Assembly (NCBI GenBank): GCA_040767085.1
Contig: JAXGPF010000003.1
Location: 288,001-352,000 of the forward strand
Reading direction: 5' to 3'
DNA from: Kiritimatiellia bacterium
Lineage (GTDB): Bacteria > Verrucomicrobiota > Kiritimatiellia > JAAZAB01
Length of the DNA stretch: 64,000 bases
Shown here: positions 1-8,832 of the stretch, piece by piece
How positions within the stretch are numbered: the first letter of the stretch is position 1
How the letters are laid out: each line of letters begins with the position of its first letter
Made by a program: the position numbers and the translations under genes
Notes under the pieces: model-generated
Seen by the model: the letters and a program-made list of their open reading frames with translations, nothing else
Told to the model about the DNA's origin: nothing
The model's database searches: none

Positions 1-1136
1 ACCAACCCCGCGGTAAACAGCGGCCAGTTGGTCCACGCCAGACTGGCATCCGCCTCCGCGGAATATTTGCCTACCACGGCATCCGGCGGCCATAAATTCG
101 GCCAGGCATGCGCGCCTTGGCATTGCCCCGCGGCGGCCAGTTGCTTGCGCACGCGCCGGGTGGACTCCGGCTCGCACACCACGTCCGTCCCGATGCCCAC
201 GTGATCCTCGCCGAAATTCTTCACCGCGTAATCTATATGATCCAAAAGCGCATGGATATCGCCGCTGCGCCCCAGGAAGCCGCCCTGGGCGACAATGCCG
301 ATCAGGCCGTCCTTGTCGGCAATCGCGCGCATGGTCGGATCGCTCTTGCCCCGGCAAGTCGGGCTGAGCGCGCGGCAGACGGTATGGCTGGCGATGATGG
401 GCAGGTCGGATGCCAATGCGGCTTCACGGCTGGTGCGGTCGCCGGCATGCGCCACGTCCACCATGATCCCCACCCGATTCATTTCACGGATCGCCAGCCG
501 GCCGAAATCGCTCAAGCCCCCGTCGGACGCTTCCCCGCAGCCGTCTCCCAGCAGGTTGCGCCGGTTATAGGTCAGGTGCATCATCCGGCAGCCCAGTTGG
601 AAGAATACCGATAAAAAGCGCAATTCCGACTCCACCGTGCGGAATTCCCCGGCCACCGGCGTTTCGTTCACCCCTAGAATCAGCCCGTGCCGGCCGGCGG
701 CTTTCAGTTCCGGGATTTGCTCCGCGCGCGTCACCTTGGCCAGCAATTCCGGGCAATTATCGGCGGCATGGGTAAAATGCGCCATGCGCTTGAGCAGTAT
801 TCCGACTGCCGGACGTTCTTCGCCCGCGCTCAAAGCCACGCTGGTGACGCCCGACGTTTGCCAGGCCTGCTCAACCCAGGCGCGGGAGGCCGGGTCGTTG
901 ACGAAGCCGGCCAGGGCCTTTTCCTCCCAGAATGCCTGCCGGTCATCCAGCGTACCGCCCGCTGCCGCCGCGGCGGCCAAATCCGTTTCCGTCACGATCG
1001 CGCGCGGGGCGAACCCGTAAACATCGCACACGAGGGACCCGGCATGCAGGTCCAATCCATGCTCCAATTCCGCGGCAGATGGCTTAAGCGCGGCCAAACC
1101 CGCTTCCCATGCGTTTTTGAATTCGTTTGATTTCAT
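1..1136 (-). CDS. Membrane dipeptidase (peptidase M19 family), 3' end runs off the window
   Basis: Not in the ORF track because it has no stop inside the window. My translation from ATG 1136: MKSNEFKNAW...FFQLGCRMMHLTYNRRNLLGDGC...GGLSDFGRLAIREMNRVGIMVDVAH...SHT...HIDYAVKNFGEDHVGIGTD, typical of renal-dipeptidase-type enzymes. Confidence 0.85.
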   Translation of the reverse strand, partial: MKSNEFKNAWEAGLAALKPSAAELEHGLDLHAGSLVCDVYGFAPRAIVTETDLAAAAAAGGTLDDRQAFWEEKALAGFVNDPASRAWVEQAWQTSGVTSVALSAGEERPAVGILLKRMAHFTHAADNCPELLAKVTRAEQIPELKAAGRHGLILGVNETPVAGEFRTVESELRFLSVFFQLGCRMMHLTYNRRNLLGDGCGEASDGGLSDFGRLAIREMNRVGIMVDVAHAGDRTSREAALASDLPIIASHTVCRALSPTCRGKSDPTMRAIADKDGLIGIVAQGGFLGRSGDIHALLDHIDYAVKNFGEDHVGIGTDVVCEPESTRRVRKQLAAAGQCQGAHAWPNLWPPDAVVGKYSAEADASLAWTNWPLFTAGL

Positions 1137-1148
1137 GTTGTTATTAAT

Positions 1149-2682
1149 GTTTCCTCACCAGAATTTGTGGGTGATTACCGGTTCGGGCAATTGCCCAAGG
1201 GTATGATATAGCGCCATTTCCGCGCCATGAAAAGTTCTGAAGCCATAAGATCGTTTGGTAACCACTCGAGCTTTATTGTTCAAGCCCTCGGTTGCGCCAG
1301 TAAAAACCTCGTTTCTGGCTCTGATCCAGTTCAAAAGCAGCTCCTCGTGTTTAGCAATGGTTTTAGCCGCCTTAATGATTGGCGCAATGCGGCTACGACA
1401 GGCGCGCTTGACCCATGCCTGGAGATAATTACGCGCCCAGGTTGGGCTGTGATAGCTCCAAAAATGCTGAAAGCTTTCCTTGAACAAATAGGCGCGGCCG
1501 GTTTGCAGTCTTGTGCCCAATATCCGATCAAGCATTTCGCGAGCTTTGCCGCGCACGCGGGTTTTGCGGCGCAGCAAGGTCCAGCGCATTTTCTTGAGTT
1601 TTTGCTTGGCCGCCGGACGCGCTGTCATCGCCGCCATATCCCGGCGCCGGACCTCGTCCACGGCGGCATTCAAGGTTTGCACGACATGGAAGCGGTCAAT
1701 CATGTGGCAACCGTGGCTGAGGCTCGCAGCAATGACTTTCAGATAAGGTCGCCACATATCGCTACATATATGTCGAATGCCGGCCAGCACGGGTTTTCCC
1801 AAAGATTGCAACCCTTTACGCAGCGCGGCCGCCCGGCGGGTTTGGCCGACCCAGAGCAATCGGCGGCATTGCGCATCAATCTGATAGATCAAGGTCAGAT
1901 AGTTCTTGCTCTTTTTACCGTTGCCTACGTGGAGTTCATCAACACCAATCGCCGTTATATTGGCCAATTCCCGGTGCGCCAAGCCCCATTCCACCATCCA
2001 CTCGACCGACCGATAAACCGCCTGCCAACTGACTTTGAAAATCAGCGCCGTCTCTTTCCAGGACAACCTCCGCGCCCAGTTCCCCAAAAAAAGCATCAGC
2101 GCCTTGCTGTAGGGTCGTTTGCCATCGCTCCAAGGCAGCGCTTCCACCACCACGCCATGTTCGGGGCAATTTACCCGGCGCGGACTATAATGCAAAAAAG
2201 CCGGCACATTCAAAATGGGCACAAACGCCCATATCCGTTCAGGCAGAGTGTCGTATGTCGCCAGCGGTCGCCCGCAACGCGAGCAGCATGCCGCGCGTTG
2301 GCGATGCGGACGAATGCTTATATCCACTTTCCATTGGCCGCGACGATCCAAAACCATACAAGTTTCCTGATAAATAAAACGTTTCAAAGGTTGCAAACGA
2401 TTCAAAATTGTTTTAAGTTTCACCTTGGGCTGGTCCTCCTTTTTTTGTGTTCACCCATTGCATACGCAATGGATTACGGAAAGGCCAGCCTATTTTTTTG
2501 CCGCCGCTTTATCTCCGTTCCGCCATCGCGCCAATCAGGAGTTATTAATCAGGCTGCTGCGGGGCCGCCAAACGCCCAAAGCGGCAGGCTGTTAATAACT
2601 CCACCATCTTTTGGCGCCATTGCTTGGAGAACTTCTTAAACTTTAAAACCTGTTTTTTACCCACAAATTCTGGTTAGGAGCC
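1149..2682 (-). mobile_element. ISL3-family insertion sequence, copy 1 (1534 bp)
   Basis: 24-bp imperfect terminal IRs: GTTTCCTCACCAGAATTTGTGGGT at 1149 versus the reverse complement GGCTCCTAACCAGAATTTGTGGGT ending at 2682. Encloses a transposase. Confidence 0.9.
1155..2423 (-). CDS. ISL3-family transposase
   Basis: N-terminal Zn finger (CSRCG...CPEHG), IGVDE, SDMWRPY, DRFHVV and EGLNNK..KRSYGFR motifs; AGGAGG RBS before the GTG. Confidence 0.93.
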   Translation of the reverse strand: MKLKTILNRLQPLKRFIYQETCMVLDRRGQWKVDISIRPHRQRAACCSRCGRPLATYDTLPERIWAFVPILNVPAFLHYSPRRVNCPEHGVVVEALPWSDGKRPYSKALMLFLGNWARRLSWKETALIFKVSWQAVYRSVEWMVEWGLAHRELANITAIGVDELHVGNGKKSKNYLTLIYQIDAQCRRLLWVGQTRRAAALRKGLQSLGKPVLAGIRHICSDMWRPYLKVIAASLSHGCHMIDRFHVVQTLNAAVDEVRRRDMAAMTARPAAKQKLKKMRWTLLRRKTRVRGKAREMLDRILGTRLQTGRAYLFKESFQHFWSYHSPTWARNYLQAWVKRACRSRIAPIIKAAKTIAKHEELLLNWIRARNEVFTGATEGLNNKARVVTKRSYGFRTFHGAEMALYHTLGQLPEPVITHKFW

Positions 2683-2688
2683 GTTTTT

Positions 2689-4222
2689 GTTTCCTCACCA
2701 GAATTTGTGGGTGATTACCGGTTCGGGCAATTGCCCAAGGGTATGATATAGCGCCATTTCCGCGCCATGAAAAGTTCTGAAGCCATAAGATCGTTTGGTA
2801 ACCACTCGAGCTTTATTGTTCAAGCCCTCGGTTGCGCCAGTAAAAACCTCGTTTCTGGCTCTGATCCAGTTCAAAAGCAGCTCCTCGTGTTTAGCAATGG
2901 TTTTAGCCGCCTTAATGATTGGCGCAATGCGGCTACGACAGGCGCGCTTGACCCATGCCTGGAGATAATTACGCGCCCAGGTTGGGCTGTGATAGCTCCA
3001 AAAATGCTGAAAGCTTTCCTTGAACAAATAGGCGCGGCCGGTTTGCAGTCTTGTGCCCAATATCCGATCAAGCATTTCGCGAGCTTTGCCGCGCACGCGG
3101 GTTTTGCGGCGCAGCAAGGTCCAGCGCATTTTCTTGAGTTTTTGCTTGGCCGCCGGACGCGCTGTCATCGCCGCCATATCCCGGCGCCGGACCTCGTCCA
3201 CGGCGGCATTCAAGGTTTGCACGACATGGAAGCGGTCAATCATGTGGCAACCGTGGCTGAGGCTCGCAGCAATGACTTTCAGATAAGGTCGCCACATATC
3301 GCTACATATATGTCGAATGCCGGCCAGCACGGGTTTTCCCAAAGATTGCAACCCTTTACGCAGCGCGGCCGCCCGGCGGGTTTGGCCGACCCAGAGCAAT
3401 CGGCGGCATTGCGCATCAATCTGATAGATCAAGGTCAGATAGTTCTTGCTCTTTTTACCGTTGCCTACGTGGAGTTCATCAACACCAATCGCCGTTATAT
3501 TGGCCAATTCCCGGTGCGCCAAGCCCCATTCCACCATCCACTCGACCGACCGATAAACCGCCTGCCAACTGACTTTGAAAATCAGCGCCGTCTCTTTCCA
3601 GGACAACCTCCGCGCCCAGTTCCCCAAAAAAAGCATCAGCGCCTTGCTGTAGGGTCGTTTGCCATCGCTCCAAGGCAGCGCTTCCACCACCACGCCATGT
3701 TCGGGGCAATTTACCCGGCGCGGACTATAATGCAAAAAAGCCGGCACATTCAAAATGGGCACAAACGCCCATATCCGTTCAGGCAGAGTGTCGTATGTCG
3801 CCAGCGGTCGCCCGCAACGCGAGCAGCATGCCGCGCGTTGGCGATGCGGACGAATGCTTATATCCACTTTCCATTGGCCGCGACGATCCAAAACCATACA
3901 AGTTTCCTGATAAATAAAACGTTTCAAAGGTTGCAAACGATTCAAAATTGTTTTAAGTTTCACCTTGGGCTGGTCCTCCTTTTTTTGTGTTCACCCATTG
4001 CATACGCAATGGATTACGGAAAGGCCAGCCTATTTTTTTGCCGCCGCTTTATCTCCGTTCCGCCATCGCGCCAATCAGGAGTTATTAATCAGGCTGCTGC
4101 GGGGCCGCCAAACGCCCAAAGCGGCAGGCTGTTAATAACTCCACCATCTTTTGGCGCCATTGCTTGGAGAACTTCTTAAACTTTAAAACCTGTTTTTTAC
4201 CCACAAATTCTGGTTAGGAGCC
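2689..4222 (-). mobile_element. ISL3-family insertion sequence, copy 2 (tandem copy, offset 1540 bp)
   Basis: Same IRs and an identical translated transposase; separated from copy 1 by 6 bp (GTTTTT, 2683-2688). Confidence 0.9.
2695..3963 (-). CDS. ISL3-family transposase (identical to copy 1)
   Basis: 422-aa translation identical to 1155..2423. Confidence 0.93.
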   Translation of the reverse strand: MKLKTILNRLQPLKRFIYQETCMVLDRRGQWKVDISIRPHRQRAACCSRCGRPLATYDTLPERIWAFVPILNVPAFLHYSPRRVNCPEHGVVVEALPWSDGKRPYSKALMLFLGNWARRLSWKETALIFKVSWQAVYRSVEWMVEWGLAHRELANITAIGVDELHVGNGKKSKNYLTLIYQIDAQCRRLLWVGQTRRAAALRKGLQSLGKPVLAGIRHICSDMWRPYLKVIAASLSHGCHMIDRFHVVQTLNAAVDEVRRRDMAAMTARPAAKQKLKKMRWTLLRRKTRVRGKAREMLDRILGTRLQTGRAYLFKESFQHFWSYHSPTWARNYLQAWVKRACRSRIAPIIKAAKTIAKHEELLLNWIRARNEVFTGATEGLNNKARVVTKRSYGFRTFHGAEMALYHTLGQLPEPVITHKFW

Positions 4223-4588
4223 ATGTTTTTTTATGACATCCGCGCGGTAGTCATCCACATGGCAGCAGGCCATCACGCCATCCTGCGCATGCGCGCCCTG
4301 TTGCAGGCGGTAGAGATAAAACGCCGGGGCGGACTCCTGGACCAGGATGCCCTGCCGGCGCCAGGCGTCAAAGTTTTTCCGCGCATGGGCGTAAACTTCC
4401 GGTGCGTAGGGATCGGTGTTTTCCGGCAGCTCGATCTCGGCGCGGGAGATGCGCAAAAAACTGTAGGGATTGTCCGCCGCCAGGGCGGCGGCTTCCCGGC
4501 GGTCAACCACATCGTAAGGCACGCCGGCCACCTGCGCCGCGCGCTCCGGCGCCGGCCGCCAGGCGCGGAATGGGTTCACTCGCAACAT
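4223..4588 (-). pseudogene. DUF1015-family gene, truncated by ISL3 after ~122 codons
   Basis: MLRVNPFRAWRP...PYDVV...NPYSFLRI...FYLYR...IKKH matches the DUF1015 N-terminus; the frame runs into the IS end and stops (KKHGS*). Confidence 0.8.
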
Positions 4589-4595
4589 TGCGTTC

Positions 4596-5153
4596 TCAAA
4601 GTGTGTTTTGCCACTCGTCGCGTTCGGCGCGCGTGCTTTCCTGGCTGCTGACGATTTCCGTCACGTTAACCTTGACCGCGGCGATCTCGGAAATGCCCAG
4701 GCTGTCGCGCATGCTGTCGCGCACGCGCTGCTGCAGCAACTGCGAGAGTTCCTGGATTTTCGTTCCGGCCTTGACGGTCAGGTCCAGCCGGATTTCCACC
4801 GCGTCACGACCCGATCCGGAAATATCGGAACGCAGGTTGACGATGCCGGCAAATTCCTGGCTGAGCTTGGCCAGAAACTCGTTCACCGCGCTGATGCTGA
4901 TGCTGACGGCGCCGCCTTCGCTGTCAAACGACAGGAAGCGCTCCTTGCGGGCGCGCGCCGGCACGGCGGTGATCCAGTAAAACGCCACCGCGATAATGAA
5001 GGCGGCTCCCAGCGCCAGCCGGCCGGCGGGCGCGGTGAACAGGAACTCGCCGAAGGAATACTTGACGCCCAGGAAGTCGGCCAGCAGGAACCAACCCAAA
5101 AGCAGCAGTCCCGCGGAAATCGCCACGCTGACCAGGAAATGTAAGATTTTCAT
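4596..5153 (-). CDS. amaP: Alkaline shock response membrane anchor protein AmaP-like
   Basis: Two N-terminal TM helices, then an Asp23-like domain (GAVSISISAV...VKVNVTEI); overlaps the asp23 stop. Confidence 0.7.
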   Translation of the reverse strand: MKILHFLVSVAISAGLLLLGWFLLADFLGVKYSFGEFLFTAPAGRLALGAAFIIAVAFYWITAVPARARKERFLSFDSEGGAVSISISAVNEFLAKLSQEFAGIVNLRSDISGSGRDAVEIRLDLTVKAGTKIQELSQLLQQRVRDSMRDSLGISEIAAVKVNVTEIVSSQESTRAERDEWQNTL

Positions 5154-5578
5154 TGTTGCCTATCCTCCTTTTTCTTGTTGGGCAGGATGCGGACCTCCTG
5201 CACGATCACATCCACCGCCGCGACGGTTTTGCCGGTCATTTCCGCCACCGCCCGCCGCACGTCATTTTGAATCTGCCAGGCCACATCCGGAATGCGCACG
5301 CCGTATTCCAGCGCCACATGCAATTCAATCCGCAGGCTCTGGCCCTGTTCGTCCATGGCCACGCGCACACCGCGGTCGGTTTTGCCGATGATATTGGCCA
5401 GGCCTTCGGCAAACGAGCCGCTCAGCTCCACCACGCCCGGCACCAGCAGGGCGGCATTGCGGGCAATCACCGTGATCACTCCGTGGTGAATCCGCACCGC
5501 GCCGTATTCGCCAACCGTTTCCGCCGCCGGCGCCGCCCCCGCGGACTGGTCAACCGTCAGTTCCTTGTGATTTTTCAA
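5150..5578 (-). CDS. Asp23/Gls24 family envelope stress protein
   Basis: GAVRIHHGVITVIA...VPGV...GVRV...YGVRIPDVAWQIQNDV..AVAEMTG..V..VDV; TTG start chosen because of a GGGAGG RBS. Confidence 0.85.
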   Translation of the reverse strand: MKNHKELTVDQSAGAAPAAETVGEYGAVRIHHGVITVIARNAALLVPGVVELSGSFAEGLANIIGKTDRGVRVAMDEQGQSLRIELHVALEYGVRIPDVAWQIQNDVRRAVAEMTGKTVAAVDVIVQEVRILPNKKKEDRQQ

Positions 5579-5597
5579 ACCTGCCTCCCGGTAATTT

Positions 5598-6965
5598 TTA
5601 TTTCGCCGCCCCAAACGATGGGTCGGTCTTTAAAAAATTGTCCAAAAACGCCGTATGATATATGCCGCGCCGGAACAAGGCGTCATGCATGATCGCCTGC
5701 CCCAGCGGCACGGTTGTCTTGACGCCTTCAATCATGAATTCACCCAGCGCCCGCGACATGCGGCTGATGGCCTCCTCGCGGTTGTCGGCCCAGACAATGA
5801 TCTTGGCCAGCATGCTGTCATAATACGGGCAGACCTCGTAGCCGCTGTAAATGTGCGAATCCACCCGCACCCCGGGCCCGCCCGGAAACAGCACCCACTC
5901 CACCCGGCCGGGCGACGGCGCGAAATTGTTGAAGGGGTTTTCGGCATTGACGCGCCACTCGATCACATGCCCGCGCGGCCGGATATCGCGCTGCTCGAAG
6001 GACAGCTTTTCGCCGGCGGCGATTTTCAGTTGTTCCTTGATGATGTCAATGCCGCTGGCGATTTCCGTCACCGGATGCTCCACCTGCACCCGGGTGTTCA
6101 TTTCCATGAAGTAAAAATTGCCCGTGCCGTCGAGCAGGAATTCGATCGTCCCGGCATTGCGGTAGCCGATGGACTCCGCGGCGCGCACGGCGGCCTTGAT
6201 CATTTTCCGGCGCTGGCCGGCGTCCAGCACGGGACAGGGGGTTTCCTCGAGCAGCTTCTGGTGCCGGCGCTGGATGCTGCAATCGCGCTCGCCCAGGGCC
6301 AGCGTATGGCCGTGGTGGTCCGCCAGGATTTGCACTTCCACATGCCGGGCATTATCGATATATTTTTCGATGTAAACGTCGGGGGTGCCGAAAGCCTGCT
6401 CGGCTTCGTTGCTGGCCATGATGAATCCCTGCGCCAGGCTGATGTCGTTATGCGCGATCCGCATGCCCTTGCCGCCGCCGCCCGCCGCGGCTTTGATCAG
6501 CACCGGATACCCGTAGCGGCGGGCGATTTCCAGGGATTCCTCCGGGGTTTTCACCACCGCCTTGCTGCCCGGGATGGTCGGCACGCCGATTTTTTGCATG
6601 GTGGCGCGGGCGACCGCCTTGTCGCCCATTTTCTTGATGTTATCGGCGGAGGGCCCGATGAAAGTAATGTTGCAGCTTTCGCAAATCTGGACGAAGTGCG
6701 CGTTCTCGGCCAGGAACCCGTAGCCCGGGTGGATGGCATCCACATCCGCCACTTCCGCGGCGCTGATGATGTTGGCAATTTTCAGATAACTGTCCTTGGC
6801 CGCCGCCGGCCCGATGCAGATGGCTTCGTCGGCCATCTGGACGTGCAGGGAATTGGCGTCCACATCCGAGTAAACCGCGACGGTTTTAACCCCCAGCTCA
6901 CGGCAGGCGCGGATGATGCGCACGGCGATTTCGCCGCGGTTTGCGATCAGCACTCGATTGAACAT
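5598..6965 (-). CDS. accC: Acetyl-CoA carboxylase, biotin carboxylase subunit
   Basis: IANRGEIA, HPGYGFLAENA, GGGGKGMR, RDCSIQRRHQK, EMNTRVQVEHPVTE, YYDSMLAK. Confidence 0.97.
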   Translation of the reverse strand: MFNRVLIANRGEIAVRIIRACRELGVKTVAVYSDVDANSLHVQMADEAICIGPAAAKDSYLKIANIISAAEVADVDAIHPGYGFLAENAHFVQICESCNITFIGPSADNIKKMGDKAVARATMQKIGVPTIPGSKAVVKTPEESLEIARRYGYPVLIKAAAGGGGKGMRIAHNDISLAQGFIMASNEAEQAFGTPDVYIEKYIDNARHVEVQILADHHGHTLALGERDCSIQRRHQKLLEETPCPVLDAGQRRKMIKAAVRAAESIGYRNAGTIEFLLDGTGNFYFMEMNTRVQVEHPVTEIASGIDIIKEQLKIAAGEKLSFEQRDIRPRGHVIEWRVNAENPFNNFAPSPGRVEWVLFPGGPGVRVDSHIYSGYEVCPYYDSMLAKIIVWADNREEAISRMSRALGEFMIEGVKTTVPLGQAIMHDALFRRGIYHTAFLDNFLKTDPSFGAAK

Positions 6966-6968
6966 GGT

Positions 6969-7403
6969 TTAAATCTTTTCGATTTTAAACAACGGTTGCC
7001 CATACTGGACCGGGCGGGCGTTTTCCACCAGGATTTCGCGGATGACGCCGCGCACTTCCGCCTTGATTTCATTCATGACCTTCATGGCTTCCACGATGCA
7101 CAAGACGCTGTCCGGGGTGACTTCCTGGCCGATTTTCACGTAGGGCGGCGAATCCGGCGATGCCGCCGCGTAAAAGGTGCCGACGAACGGGGCTTTGACG
7201 ACTTCACAATTCGGGTCCTCGGCCGGGGCGGCCGGCGCGGCGGCGGCCGGCGCGGCGGGCGCCGCCGGCACCGGCAGCGGCACGGCCGGAGGCGGAGCGC
7301 CGCGCTTGATGGCAATGCGCCGCCCTTCTTCCTCCATCTCGAATTCCACCAGGTCGTTGGCCAGCATCAATTCCACGACATCCTTGATTTCGTCCAATTT
7401 CAT
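6969..7403 (-). CDS. accB: Acetyl-CoA carboxylase, biotin carboxyl carrier protein
   Basis: Ala/Pro linker followed by the EAMKVMNEI biotinylation motif. Confidence 0.97.
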   Translation of the reverse strand: MKLDEIKDVVELMLANDLVEFEMEEEGRRIAIKRGAPPPAVPLPVPAAPAAPAAAAPAAPAEDPNCEVVKAPFVGTFYAAASPDSPPYVKIGQEVTPDSVLCIVEAMKVMNEIKAEVRGVIREILVENARPVQYGQPLFKIEKI

Positions 7404-7885
7404 ACATGCCCCTTCTTGTTTGCCGCCGGACTGCCGGCCAGATGTTCCAACAACCCGTCCAAAGCCAGCCGATAACCCGCCGGGCCGAAGCCCATGATCT
7501 GGCCCAGGCAGGCGCCGGCTGTCAGGCTGCGGTGGCGGAAATCATCGCGCGCCGCGGTGTTGGACAGGTGCACTTCCACACAAGGCAGTTCCGCCGCCTG
7601 CAAGGCGTCGCGCAAGGCCACGCTGGTATGCGTAAAGCCCGCCGGGTTGACGATCAGCCCGTGGCAAACGCCGCGCGCCGCCAGGATGCGCTCCACCAAC
7701 ACCCCTTCCACATCGCTCTGCGCCGCCTCCACGCGCGCGCCGCGCGCCCGTCCGTAGGCGGCGAGTTGCCGCATGATTTCATCCAGCGTGGCCGTACCGT
7801 AAATGGCCGGCTCGCGCGCGCCGAGCAGGCCCAGATTCGGCCCGTTCAACACCAGTATTTTAAACTGACGGCTTGGTTTTTGCAT
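7400..7885 (-). CDS. aroQ: Type II 3-dehydroquinate dehydratase
   Basis: LNGPNLGLLGAREPAIYG, NPAGFTHTSVALRDA, EVHLSN. Confidence 0.96.
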   Translation of the reverse strand: MQKPSRQFKILVLNGPNLGLLGAREPAIYGTATLDEIMRQLAAYGRARGARVEAAQSDVEGVLVERILAARGVCHGLIVNPAGFTHTSVALRDALQAAELPCVEVHLSNTAARDDFRHRSLTAGACLGQIMGFGPAGYRLALDGLLEHLAGSPAANKKGHV

Positions 7886-7932
7886 TCGATTGCAGGGAGT
7901 TTACCAGTTTCCATGAGCCGCTGCCAAGCATT

Positions 7933-8748
7933 TTAATGACGACCCGGGCGATCTTCGGCAATGGGGCTGACGGACGCGGCATCCACTTCCACCACCCGCT
8001 GGTCCGGCAAGCACACCCGCACCTTCCGGGTCAAGGGTTTGACGTCCACCACCCGCCCTTCACCCTCGGGACAGGATACACGATCGTTCAACCGCGGCAG
8101 GTCCTCGCATTGCTCCACGTAGCAGGCATGCTCGAAGCGCAGGCAGCATTTCAGCCGGCCGCACATGCCGTTCAGGTTGGCGGGATTCAAAGCCAGCCCC
8201 TGCTGCTTGGCCATGCGCATGGTGACATTGTCAAACTCGCTCAGCCAGGTGGAACAGCACAGGCGCCGCCCGCAAGGCGCATAGCCGCCCATCATGGCCG
8301 CCACGCTGCGCGCGCCAATCTGGCGCATTTCGATCCGGGCGCGCAATTCCGCCGCCAGGCTCTGCACCAGTTGCCGGAAGTCCACGCGCTCTTCCGCCGC
8401 ATACAGCACCTTGATCAAAGAGCGGTCGAGCGAATACCGCACCTTCAACAAGCGCATCTCCAGGTTCAATTCCCGGATTTTTTCCTGACACCGCTTCCAG
8501 GCCGTGCGCGCAAACAAAGCGTTTTCACTGGCCTGCGACTGATCCTGCAGCGTGGCCCGCCGCAGCACCTGCGGCAGATCGCCCGGCGCGGCCACGGGCT
8601 CGTCCGCCAGCATCACCACCCGCCCGCATTCCAGCAGTTCGTCGGCCTTCAACACGCAGGTATCGCCGGCGGCAATCGCCAGGTCCAGCGGGCAAAAGGC
8701 CTTGACCGGATGCGGCTCGTTGCAATCGATGTAAAGTATGCGAAACAT
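7933..8748 (-). CDS. ricT: PSP1-domain / RicT (YaaT)-like protein
   Basis: RVDFRQLV..LA....RIEMRQIG.R, CGRRLCC, GMCGRLKCCLRFE; lies downstream of holB. Confidence 0.85.
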   Translation of the reverse strand: MFRILYIDCNEPHPVKAFCPLDLAIAAGDTCVLKADELLECGRVVMLADEPVAAPGDLPQVLRRATLQDQSQASENALFARTAWKRCQEKIRELNLEMRLLKVRYSLDRSLIKVLYAAEERVDFRQLVQSLAAELRARIEMRQIGARSVAAMMGGYAPCGRRLCCSTWLSEFDNVTMRMAKQQGLALNPANLNGMCGRLKCCLRFEHACYVEQCEDLPRLNDRVSCPEGEGRVVDVKPLTRKVRVCLPDQRVVEVDAASVSPIAEDRPGRH

Positions 8749-8762
8749 AAGCAATTCCGACT

Positions 8763-8829
8763 ACTGACGACTGATCACTGATGACTGATCACTGATTACT
8801 GACCACTGATAACTGATCACTGATGACTG
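8763..8829. repeat. Heptamer tandem array (ACTGAYN)x9 plus a partial unit
   Basis: actgacg actgatc actgatg actgatc actgatt actgacc actgata actgatc actgatg actg fills the holB-ricT gap. Confidence 0.9.
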
Positions 8830-8832
8830 CTT

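Noticed and set aside
108-1130. Several + strand ORFs at the window start
   Set aside because: The real gene is the minus-strand M19 dipeptidase.
1227-4179. 470-aa + strand ORFs (1227..2639 and 2767..4179) inside the ISL3 copies
   Set aside because: Antisense shadows of the transposase with no recognisable motifs.
5655-7475. 606-aa + strand ORF, and similar long antisense ORFs (10656..12152, 30801..32627, 38038..39585, 40587..43274, 58305..59708)
   Set aside because: They overlap well-supported genes on the opposite strand, as expected from GC-rich codon bias.
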